64,000 nt of DNA from the NCBI GenBank assembly GCA_946965045.2, contig OX337230.1, positions 2,604,001 to 2,668,000 on the forward strand, given 5' to 3'. Both the position numbers and the translations under genes were made by a program. The notes under the pieces are model-generated. The model was not told the origin of the DNA, did no database searches, and saw nothing but the letters and a program-made list of their open reading frames with translations. This stretch comes from Epithemia pelagica (lineage: Eukaryota; Protista; Bacillariophyta). Position 1 is the stretch's first letter; every line of letters begins with the position of its first letter. Shown here piece after piece: positions 10,784 to 21,141 of the stretch.

Positions 10784-13253
10784 GCTTGCGAGCACGAGCG
10801 GACCATCGTAGTACCAAAGAATCCGTTGTTGATTCCTTGCCAAGACAGAGATAGACTTAGGAATACATAGAGACAATGTCATGATGTCCGGTATCAGGAT
10901 TTTCCCCTTCAAAAACTTTGTTCGAGAGAAATCCTTTCCGGGCAATCAAACTAGGTTCCAATTTGAATTTCAGGTAAGCCATGTGTCACCAGGAACATGG
11001 AATGAGATGTCTCAAATTGCTCGAGGTACCTTTCTTGTTTCCTCTTCTGTGACATGTGGGTAAGCCTTGCACTCACGGATGGGAACACCACATAAAAGCA
11101 TGATCTTTCCATATTAAAAAAGACCAGGATGTCTTTGCCACGCTACAAAAAGGTAAGAGCTGTATATAATGCCATGACCAGTCCAACACAAATGCTCATC
11201 TTCAATGGGTCCCTTAAACTTGCTGCTCCTTGAGCTCTATGTCTTTCAAATCCTGCCTCATTTCAAGTAGATGGAGGTCAATATCAATACTTCTGGGCAT
11301 TTTTTGTTCTTACTTGTTGCTTCAGGAAGCTGTTTCAATGGTTGCTTGAGAATGGTTTTGCTTTGAGCTACAGGTCATCGCTTGGGAATGTGTTTGCTTT
11401 CTTGTACTGCAGCTATTGTCGAGTTGTACCATGCACATTCCACTCTAGCTCCATGCCACTTGGTTACTGCTTCATCTAATGTATATTCCTCATACGCGCG
11501 CAATGGTAGTGGTCCACGACGCCATCCGAGTTCTCACGTTAGTGTTCCCACAATGTATGGATTCTCCTCCTCGTGCCAGTCACCAGACGGAGCAATGATC
11601 TTCCGTGCAGCATTTCAGCTGATTTGTTTCCAGGACAAATTTCCAATCCAACCACCACAATAAATCCCATCGACCTCCAATGATCATGCCAAAATCTGTG
11701 TGGAAGATCTTTCAAATAGACTTCATGTGGAAGCATCACTGACCCAAAACCTTCTTTCTCCACTGGACCACACACCACCCAAATTTCTTGTTTGTTTGGT
11801 CCCACAAATGTGCTCGCCTCCATATTTAAACCATGCTCTTTGTATGTGTTGGAGGAGTGCCATCCAATACTCTGACAAAGTGGCAGCCTCTGCTATCGGT
11901 CTTCCCAAATTAGACATAGCTGGCAATGTCCACAACTCCATTGACAACGAATTTCCTTTCCAATCCATTGCATAGCAAGGACCTAGATTCTCAATGTTAC
12001 TGTCCAAATTACTTTTTCCAAGACAAATTACAACATCATCTTGATGATCCACGTCCAACGAACAGGTGCTTGGAAGGGTTTGCCAAGGTTGTTGAGTGTA
12101 CCGACTTTGTACATTGAACTGATGCACCACCCATTTCCCAAATGAATTTTGGACTAGCTGACGCTGTGGTTGTCAAAGTTCCGTCCACTGATCCAATGAC
12201 GCTTCTACAACACCACGACGACGACTGTTATTAGAAACACTTTCTTTATTGTTTGCATAGTTCATACTGGTTCTTTCTCACCACACACTTTCCTCTTTTT
12301 ATGACCTTTGGAACCTGTGCTCTTTATGTGGAGTCACCCCTTTCCAAGCCAGAACTAAATTTCTGAAAAGGTTGGTTGTTACATCATGTTTGTCTTCATG
12401 TAGTGTGGACACCAGGCAACTTTTGGAGAGATCTTGTTGAATACAATTGATCAGAGATGGGAGTTGAAAATGTTCAAGTGATCAATGGTAGATGCTGGAC
12501 GTCTGCAACAAGAACAATGACTTAACCTGTGTTGTGTCAAAATTCTATTGGGCCTATTACAGGATTTGCTGGAGAGACCTACAAATGAGCAACAGAAGTC
12601 ATGCAATCCGAAGATTGGATATGTACAAGGCAATTTGTTCACGTACAAACATTTCGGTGAGACTACCGTTGTATACATGTTCCACGAAGCGTTCGTCGAC
12701 GAACTCATGTATGTGGTCATAGCTGCATGCACTGCGACGCCAAGCGTACGACTTATTGTTTCCTACAAGGAAACATCCAGAGGCTCTAGTTGGGCATCCA
12801 CCTTTTTAGAAAAATGTTTCTCTTCCTCGTGCGACGTTGGTGGTTTGAGAAAGCATGGTGGTGGAGGCATCAACACAGCCGGGTTAAGATGGCACCCTAC
12901 CTGACCTTAAAGGTATAGCATCAAGGGCCGACCTTGTCGTGCACAACTCTCATATCGCTTCGAGTACGACCAAATCATCAGCAGCCCCGGAGGTGCAAGG
13001 GAATCACGAATGATCCTGGCGGGAAATCTTACGGGTTGCTTTGGGAGACAACGACGACGAACGGCACGCATTGTGCGTGGTGCTAGCTAAACGACATGAG
13101 CCTCCCAAAAAGATGAAGAGGCAGCGGAAGGGCAAGAGTCTTGCTGGAACCTGCATGGCAAGTGCGGCTCACCGACGTAGGCCGTCTGATCATTGTCCTC
13201 ATTGTTAGGTCAGGCTCCACCATAATCATTTATGCTTTGACGCAGAGAGCTCC

Positions 13254-13655
13254 ATTCATGGAAAAGGCCTTTTCGCCATGAGGGCAATTCCTGCCGACAA
13301 CTTCATCATCGAATATGTTGGTCGCGCACCGACAAAGCAGCATTGACATTTGCAGAAGGGATGTACCACGCCCAACTGGGGCAAGAGAACGAAAAGCATC
13401 CGCAAGTTTGTTAACCATTCGTGTAACCCAAACTGTGTGCTTCGTCGGTGGACATCGGTCATGGATGACGGTGATGATAAAATGGAGCATCTGTCAATTG
13501 TCACACATAGACCAATAGCAGAAGGAGAAGAGCTGACTATGTGTTATGCCGGACAGACTGACCAATGTCATTGCGTGTCTTGCAAAACAGCGTCAAGTGA
13601 CCCAGCGATGCGTCATATTCAAAAAGTAGTGTGCTTTGCAATGACTTATGAATGA
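13254..13655 (+). pseudogene. Compact SET-domain (lysine methyltransferase-like) gene with an in-frame stop
   Basis: One frame reads IHGKGLFAMRAIPADNFIIEYVG ... * (13344) ... RKFVNHSCNPNC ... RPIAEGEELTMCY ... CHCVSC, giving SET motifs I, III, IV and a post-SET-like Cys cluster. Confidence 0.85.
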
Positions 13656-14456
13656 CAATGGTGCAAAGTGAGTCAAGTTAGTATGAATATGAAAACCCTT
13701 GCTCGCCAATTAGAAGAGAACGATATTACACTAGTGGCACAGGGATACAGTGCGGTGCTACGGTTTGGAACAGACCGGGTGAGTGGCGGTGTACACCTGT
13801 AGCCGCAATGATTCGATCAGCGGCAGTGATTCGCACATGAGCATCCACTTCAAAATTTGTCAACTGGTAGAACTCATTAAGAACCATGTCAGAAAGCTGG
13901 GTCAGGAAACCACGTTTGAATGTATTTTCTTGGACTACTACTGGTGTCCCGGCAGTTATGCAAGAAACAACTATCAATCACTCTTTAAGAAATTGAAAGA
14001 GCTTCCGACACAAAATTTTTGAACTCCTCCGTTTGACAAGGTTTCGGCAGTTCCTTCTTCTTCTTCTTTTCTTTCTTCTTCGTAGTACAACTCTTGATAG
14101 CATTGGCACCAGAGCTCTGACCCCCATTGGTAACCCCAGAGATTTGATCACTCTTACCACTACCAGAGATAGATGATGACACCATTGAACTACTACCGCC
14201 TCCTGCCTCCATGGCTATAGCAGACAAGGACGACCAAGAGAGATCAGAAAGTGAGGAAATATCATCAACACCTATCCCACATCAACCTAGATTAGAGTTC
14301 CACTCCACTTGGTAGTGTTTGTCGCAGCCGGAAACACCGATGATCGGAAAATTTCTACCCTGCTCTGTACAAGCCCTTCGCCTTCATTGCTAGAATCACC
14401 ATGATTGCGGGCAGCTGTCACCATTTCATTATCGTCCGTAACTGACGTTGGTTTTT

Positions 14457-14695
14457 TGAATAAAAACTGACGGCCAGGCGCAATATACGGCTTGCAACAA
14501 TCAAACTATCAGAAATTATGGTAACTAAACTAGGGGTGCCCTTTGGGGCAAATCGCTCACGTAGGGGCCAAACAGTGACCACGGTACCCACTAGTGAGCA
14601 CGTAACTAGGGGCCGGGCGATGCCAGGCAATGCGTAGCAAGGCATGGCGAGGCCCTTCGTAGGTTACAAAGGGGGCGCCCGTGATTATTTATTCA
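14457..14695 (-). repeat. 3' LTR of copy A (239 bp)
   Basis: tgaataaa...tttattca termini, adjacent to the PPT complement gtccccgcg at 14696. Confidence 0.95.
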
Positions 14696-14816
14696 GTCCC
14701 CGCGAACAAAATCGGGGTGGGCAACTTCGTTTAGTTCGTCATGTCAGCAGAGGCCGGTCCAGTACGTCGGACTATTCTTCAAAAGGGGCGATCCCATTTT
14801 GGATCTAAAAGGGGTG

Positions 14817-17798
14817 CTACCACATGATACGTTGGGCCAGGAATCGCAATCGAGGTCCGGGTAGCAGTTTGGTTAGGATATCGGCAAGATTCGTTTCACC
14901 TTCTTCCCATGCAATGCACACAAGTCCAGCAGCTTGCGCTTCACGAGTCCGATGATAAGCAATTGCGTTGTGCTTCTTCTTTAGGACTGATTCTGGCTGC
15001 GTCGAGTTCTTAAACACAGATTCATTGTCGCAAAACACATTCGTCTCTCCATCCAACGGGAAACCCATCATTCGCAACTTATAACGAAATGCTTTAATCA
15101 TTTCAATGGCAGTTTTCATCGCCACGAACTCACTGCCAAATGTAGACGTCTCAACAGTGTTTTGTCGTTTTGAATACCACATGATCGGTGCTCGTTGCAA
15201 GAACAGTAGGACTCTTGTTTGAGAGCGCCGTGTGACACGACATCCAGCATGATCAGCATCGACAAAGCAAGTCGTGGTGACAGCGTTTCCACGCGGTGCT
15301 GGTGCGTTTGGCGGAATCGGCTCGGCAGCATCAGGATAATACTCAGACCAATCCGGTCGGGTAAAACGTGACTCGTCGAAGTCAGGGGTTGTGTCGTCGA
15401 ACACAATGGCGGATTTATCGTACTTCTTCAGATACGCGAAGATGTGCAACGTTTGCTCGAGATGTCCATCTCGTGGATTCGCCATAAAACGGGACATATG
15501 GGAGACTGCGGTTGTAATGTCGATACGACCGAGTTCAACAATCCAACGGAGAATACCGATCAGTCCTTGGTAATAGTTCGCACGTCTTGCGTTAAGTTCA
15601 GGAGTCGCATCCAATTCCGGGCGATATCCATCGGCGATCGGCGTCGTCACTTTTGACTTCAGCTTTTCTCCGGATTTCTCCAGTTCCGTTTCGACTTCGG
15701 CAAGAGCACGCTTACAATACTTGTCAGCGAACATGGCCCAACGATCACGGTTCGACGGATCTTGCGTGTCGGGTATGGTATAACGCCGAATTTTGGATCC
15801 CAAGTATTCGTCTGGCGGTTTGATACTGTCGGGATTGATCGTATAGCGCCTCTGCAGGTCCTGCATCACGGTTTTGGGATCATGACTAACAATCAGCTGA
15901 TCATCAATATAGACCAAAACATACTCGTTATACTGGAACCCATCAGATGGTCGAGTGTTCGCTCGAAGCCATACATCCGGATCAGCTTGACACATCTTAA
16001 ATCCCATATCGCGGAGCGTTGCGGCGATGTGATCACGCCACCTTGCGGTAGAACTTTTGAGACCATATAATGCGCGCACTATCAGTGCAGGTTGTCCAAC
16101 CTTATCTGGTCCAAATTCGAGTCCCGCGGTGGTATAGGTCTTCTCTTTAGTCGGTGCGTTGAGATATGCGTTTTGCACGTCCCCGACGAGAACATCTAGA
16201 CCATTTAGTGCAGCGATAGTAAAAGCAATGCGTACGCTATCGCGTGATACCACACTAGAATAGGTCGATTCTTTGGGTGGATCAGTTTTGTGGCCTCCGG
16301 CCACTAACCGTGCTTTTCGTCGCAGGTCTGATTTGATATCAAAAACCATATGACAGGGAATATGCTTGTATCCAGAAGGCACTTCGCCATCAGCTGGAAA
16401 TTCGAAAGCAATGCCAACGTTCTTCATTTCTTTCTCAATAGCCTTGCGCCAGAAGTCAGTCCCCGTTCGACGGTCAATCGCCAGGGCTTCTTCCACAGAG
16501 TGGGGCAGCTCAATGCCATACTTGTGCGTTCGCTTCCAATAACGCGACTTTACCTTTTTGATAATGCGGTCTCGTTTGCGAAGTGCACGTGGCACCCACC
16601 ATGCGAAAGCAGGCTCTTTTGCGATGTCAGCGGATACTGCGTACTCGGCGGCTTCAATTATATTTCCATTCTTGACGTCTTTGAGCGGCAGCCAAACAGT
16701 CGATCGATCGAACAGTTCACATTGCAATTCCCAACCTTTCGTTGTGTGGTGTGATGTGCCGTCAAGGAACGATGCGTCTGTTCGCTTAACTGCGGTCTCA
16801 TCACTGCGGTGACCCACAATGGCTTTCAATGTGTTGAACGCATTGCCCTCCGGGTCAACTTGCGAATACAGATTCTCTGCAATCATATTGGTTGCATACG
16901 ACTTGACCGATCCATCCGGAAACTGTACGTCGTAGTACCGGGTATCAAGGATTGGGTTTGCGTTGCGCTCACCAATAGGTCGCCCATGAGCATCTTTCGT
17001 GCGTCCAATAATTTTCGCTTGAGCGCTTTCACCTCCTCGCGGCAGCATGACTTCAGCGGTGAGATATTCGTCTAGTTCCTCCGGCGTGTACGTGTCGGAT
17101 TCCAGGGCTTCGGCCTCTGGGAACAAGGGCTCTAGAAGTTCACCTTCGTCAAAGAGGTCTGGGGGTGGATCGCTCCCAGTTGTGCCATCAGATGGTGGCT
17201 CTTTCATTTGCGTTTGAAAAGCGGCATCATAGTCCAACAACTGCTGATGAATCGTCGGATTCTTCAGGTCGTCTTCCGGAATGGCCCACACATCTTTCCG
17301 TGTGACATGATTGCCCTCTTGCGTTAGGATTTCATAGGCCATATCATCGGTGCAATCATCGGCTAAGCCCAACCATCGGCCAATCAGTCTTTTTTCGAAG
17401 GGAAACTGTGCCATGGGCATGCGATAATACACCGGCTGATAGAATTGGAACATGGCTAATGGAGAGATGTCTGGCGTTGAGCCAATTACATGCTCGAACG
17501 GTGTACGTCCATCTAATTCAGGGATATCGGATACCGTGAGTTGCCGTACGTGTGAGCACCATTTAAGAGCATAGCTCCATAAACGTCGTGGTGCGCCGGT
17601 CGTCCTCATAATTTTGACAACTCCCTTTTTTAGTTCACGAATGCTCGCTTCGGCGGCGTTCTGCCATGGACTATAAGGAACCGTTTTCTCCATCTTTATG
17701 CGGTACTCGTTGCATATTTCACGGGACTTCCCTAGGAACAATTCTCGGGCACCATCAGATACCATTGTTTCGGGAATCCCTACATTGTGAATCAAAGA
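14817..17798 (-). CDS. pol: pol of copy A: partial integrase, chromo-like segment, RT, RNase H
   Basis: SDGARE and QNAAE (INT), GYKHIPCHMVFDIK, ARLVAGGH and VYIDD (RT), FVDADHAG, CDNESV and ADILTK (RH). Confidence 0.95.
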   Translation of the reverse strand, partial: SLIHNVGIPETMVSDGARELFLGKSREICNEYRIKMEKTVPYSPWQNAAEASIRELKKGVVKIMRTTGAPRRLWSYALKWCSHVRQLTVSDIPELDGRTPFEHVIGSTPDISPLAMFQFYQPVYYRMPMAQFPFEKRLIGRWLGLADDCTDDMAYEILTQEGNHVTRKDVWAIPEDDLKNPTIHQQLLDYDAAFQTQMKEPPSDGTTGSDPPPDLFDEGELLEPLFPEAEALESDTYTPEELDEYLTAEVMLPRGGESAQAKIIGRTKDAHGRPIGERNANPILDTRYYDVQFPDGSVKSYATNMIAENLYSQVDPEGNAFNTLKAIVGHRSDETAVKRTDASFLDGTSHHTTKGWELQCELFDRSTVWLPLKDVKNGNIIEAAEYAVSADIAKEPAFAWWVPRALRKRDRIIKKVKSRYWKRTHKYGIELPHSVEEALAIDRRTGTDFWRKAIEKEMKNVGIAFEFPADGEVPSGYKHIPCHMVFDIKSDLRRKARLVAGGHKTDPPKESTYSSVVSRDSVRIAFTIAALNGLDVLVGDVQNAYLNAPTKEKTYTTAGLEFGPDKVGQPALIVRALYGLKSSTARWRDHIAATLRDMGFKMCQADPDVWLRANTRPSDGFQYNEYVLVYIDDQLIVSHDPKTVMQDLQRRYTINPDSIKPPDEYLGSKIRRYTIPDTQDPSNRDRWAMFADKYCKRALAEVETELEKSGEKLKSKVTTPIADGYRPELDATPELNARRANYYQGLIGILRWIVELGRIDITTAVSHMSRFMANPRDGHLEQTLHIFAYLKKYDKSAIVFDDTTPDFDESRFTRPDWSEYYPDAAEPIPPNAPAPRGNAVTTTCFVDADHAGCRVTRRSQTRVLLFLQRAPIMWYSKRQNTVETSTFGSEFVAMKTAIEMIKAFRYKLRMMGFPLDGETNVFCDNESVFKNSTQPESVLKKKHNAIAYHRTREAQAAGLVCIAWEEGETNLADILTKLLPGPRLRFLAQRIMW

Positions 17799-18038
17799 TG
17801 AATAATTGATCACGGGCGCCCCCTTTGTAACCTACGAAGGGCCTCGCCATGCCTCGCTACGCATCGCCTGGCATCGCCCGGCCCCTAGTTGCGTGTTCGC
17901 TAGTGGGTACCGTGGTCGCTGTTTGGCCCCTACGTGAGCGATTTGCCCCCAAAGGGCACACCTAGTTTAGTTACCATAATTTCTGATAGTTTGATTGTTG
18001 CAAGCCGTATATTGCGTCTGGCCGTCAGTTTTTATTCA
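17799..18038 (+). repeat. 5' LTR of copy B (240 bp)
   Basis: TG...CA termini, followed by the PBS candidate. Confidence 0.95.
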
Positions 18039-18051
18039 GTTTATCAGACCC
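18039..18051 (+). promoter_or_regulatory. Primer-binding site candidate GTTTATCAGACCC (also at 43923-43935 + and 27755-27767 -)
   Basis: Directly abuts the 5' LTR and is identical in all three copies. Confidence 0.7.
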
Positions 18052-18533
18052 CTGTCTGTTGTTCCCCCACTGTTCGCCGGACGGCAAGCGCCTGATCAAC
18101 GCTCGAGAGGTGTTCGCGCTAAGCGGCCTCGTCACTCGCTCGCTTGCGTCATCTCTATGACTTGTTTCTGTCACTGTGGGACCCAATCGCTTATTTGTGA
18201 CTTGCGACTGCACAACGTACCGTGCACGTGCTCGTACACGTGGACCGTCCATCCACGCGCGCCGTACGACTCAATTATATAAGCCTGCTGGCTTTTGACA
18301 CGTGCCTGCTTGCTCGCGGAATCGCCGGTTCGCCGACTCGCGTATTCGCCGATCGCCAGCTCGCTCGCTCGCGGAATCGCCGGACGACTACTCGCCAATT
18401 CACTCGCAGATTGTTGGCTCACAGAAATTCGCTCCTCTCATCACAATTGCAAATTTCTGCACAAGAACAAGCCTTCCCTTGCCATCCGTTTGACCTTCTA
18501 CGACCACCCTACCCTTTATCCGACCCTTGAACC

Positions 18534-21141
18534 ATGGCCGCAAATTCCTTCCGTACTGCACTGGGCCGCTGTGGCTACGACAATGCCACCATTGGGCACC
18601 TAACGCAACAGGGCTTCACAACAACGGATCAGTTCCTGGAGTTTCCCATCAACGAAGTCAAGCCCATGCTGAAGACATTAGCCAAGAACCTACCCGACGG
18701 TGTCACTCTACCCTACCAAATCAACCTGAAGTTCCTTGGCTTCCGAATGTGGTTGGAATATCGTTCTGTCCGTGGCCAGGACCTTGATGCTGGTGGTTAT
18801 ACTGGTGACGTAATCACTAAGTGGATGAAACGCGTAACGGAACTCGCGAATGCCACCACCACTGATGGTCAGGATGACCCAGTACCACCCAAAAGGCTAA
18901 CGAACCTTGCCGATTGGGAACGTCACGACGGAATGTGGCGTACGTACTTGGGTCAGCACCGCAATCCGACAACGGGAGTGCCGCTCACCTACGTATTGCG
19001 TGAGGAGTCCGACGTACCGGACGACGCACTAACCGCCGATTACGACTGCATTGACGACGACCTAGTCGCGACCACTCGTCATGAGGGGGACCAGTACAAA
19101 GCCGACCGACGTAGAGTGTATGAGCTGTACTACCCTCTTATTTACGATGGCCCGGCATGGACATTTGCTAAAACGCATGCGAAATCGAAGGACGGCCGTG
19201 AGGCCTACCTAACTGTCAAGCGGCAAGCCACTGGACAGGCCGCGAGCATCCTGCGCAAGAAACAGGCTTATGCGCAGATTGCAAATGCTAAGTTTACAGG
19301 ACGAGGGAAGTACCGCTTCCAAGACTACATCCACCGTCACCAACATGCGCACAACACCCTGGAAGAGCTTGGCGAAACGGTCGGGGACACGAAAAAAGGT
19401 GACCGATTTCATGAATGGGATCACCGATCCGACGCTCGTCCAAGCCAAGACCGTCGTCAACGGTGACCAGGAGAAGTTGGAGAACTTTGAAGCGTGCCAG
19501 CAATACTTTTTGAGTGTGCACAGTGCTGCAAAGACCGAAACGCAGGACGACTCTCGTAAGATCGCCGCTGCTGGTACCACCCCAAGCAAAGGAAAGGGAA
19601 AAGGGCGCAACCAGAAAAAGAGCAAGAAGAAGAAGGACCGCGTTCATGCTGGTCACTACGATGCCGACGAATGGGCAGACCTGACGGAGGACGAACGCAA
19701 ACAAGTCCTGGCTCTTCGCAAAGAGCGCAAAGACAAGCGGAAGCTTAGATCCGTCACCACAGACGACTCTTCCAACGCATCGTCGAAGAGATCGAAAACG
19801 TCGCATGGGAGTACTGCGGAGGACGCAATCTTAGTAGACATTGACGAAGACGACGCTAAGTCGGAGGCTAAGACCAACGTATCGGTCATTATGGAAGTAG
19901 ACGAGAACTTGCTTGACTCCTCTGTTGACAACGTACCGTCGCCAGACAAGCACTCTAAGTTCCGCGCTTCCACCTCACCTGCAAAATCATCCGAAGATGA
20001 TGCGCAGCCGACAAAGTCCTCAGCTGGCAACAGCTTTGGACGTTTCGCGCATAAGGCTAAAGCGCAACCGAACGAGCCCGGATCTGCGTCCGTCAAATCC
20101 GTACGTACTCGCCCCATGGGGGAATACGAGACCTATCCACCGATGTGGCAATGGGAAGAGGACGGACGTCCTGATATGAGTCATATGACCATCCCGCCAG
20201 TCCCGGAACAGGGCGACATCTTTGTGAAGCTGCCGCTACCGGTCAAAGGCAAGTATGCTGAAGGGACTCGCAACTTCCGCTCACTTACCAAGCATGACCA
20301 AAGCATGCTGAAAGGAAGCTTCCGCGAAGAGATCGACACTATTGTCCACAATAGTCCAATTTGGTGTTGGCGCTGGTCTAAAATGTCAGGCCATGAACGT
20401 GAAGAGCGCCAAATGTACCATGTGTGCAAACGCTTAGCCGAGCACACGGAAGTGTTCGACGAAGCTTTAAAATACACTATGCTTGCCAATGGACAATTGG
20501 CTGCCGCAAATAAAAGGCGTAATGTATTCGGTCGTTATTCCGCCGATCTTGAATTCGATGTCCGTGACCCGAATGTCTCTGACAAGTCTGCCGACCTGTC
20601 TCCTTCCTCCTTATGGAGTGTGCCCTGTGTATCAGCTGCCGAAGCAGTAAAAATTGATAAAACGAATCTTATTGTTCAATCTAATACACATGTAGGCACC
20701 CATTATAGTTATTCTAAACGTTTCGCACATCGTCTATGTGCTATGAACACCGGCGAATATGGTGTTGAAACCATTGAGCTCACCTGTGAGTTGGACTCAC
20801 ACGCGGACACCTGTGCCGTGGGAAGAGACTTCGCAATGCTCTCCGAAGCCCACCGCTATATCAGTGTGCATCCGTTCGCGGAGGAATATAATCCGCTGAC
20901 TAATGTCCCTATTGCGACTGTTGCTACTGTCTGGACTGACAGCGAAAACCAGTCTTACTTGCTTGTTATCCACCAAGCATTGTTTTTAGTGGACCGTATG
21001 GGCAGTTCGTTACTCTGTCCGAACCAGATGCGTGCCCATGGCATCGTTGTCAACGACGTACCTAAACAGTTTGACCCGCACAGCACGCATAGTATCCATG
21101 TACCGGATGCCAATCTCACCATCCCTCTCACCATGGCTGGT
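18534..21141 (+). pseudogene. gag: gag-protease of copy B (+1 frameshift near 19398; open across the gag/pol junction; ends at the deletion junction)
   Basis: ORFs 18534-19466 and 19270-21234; protease motif CELDSHADTCAVG. Confidence 0.9.

Noticed and set aside
11380-12910. ORF fragments suspected to be a Ulp1 protease or other MULE cargo
   Set aside because: No His-Asp-Gln-Cys catalytic set could be located; the frames are too broken to call.
19209-20489. Long antisense ORFs over gag/pol (e.g. 19294-19806, 26009-26605, 45039-45635) as an antisense gene
   Set aside because: They are shadow frames of the GC-rich coding strand with no independent motifs, and their boundaries shift with copy-specific indels.
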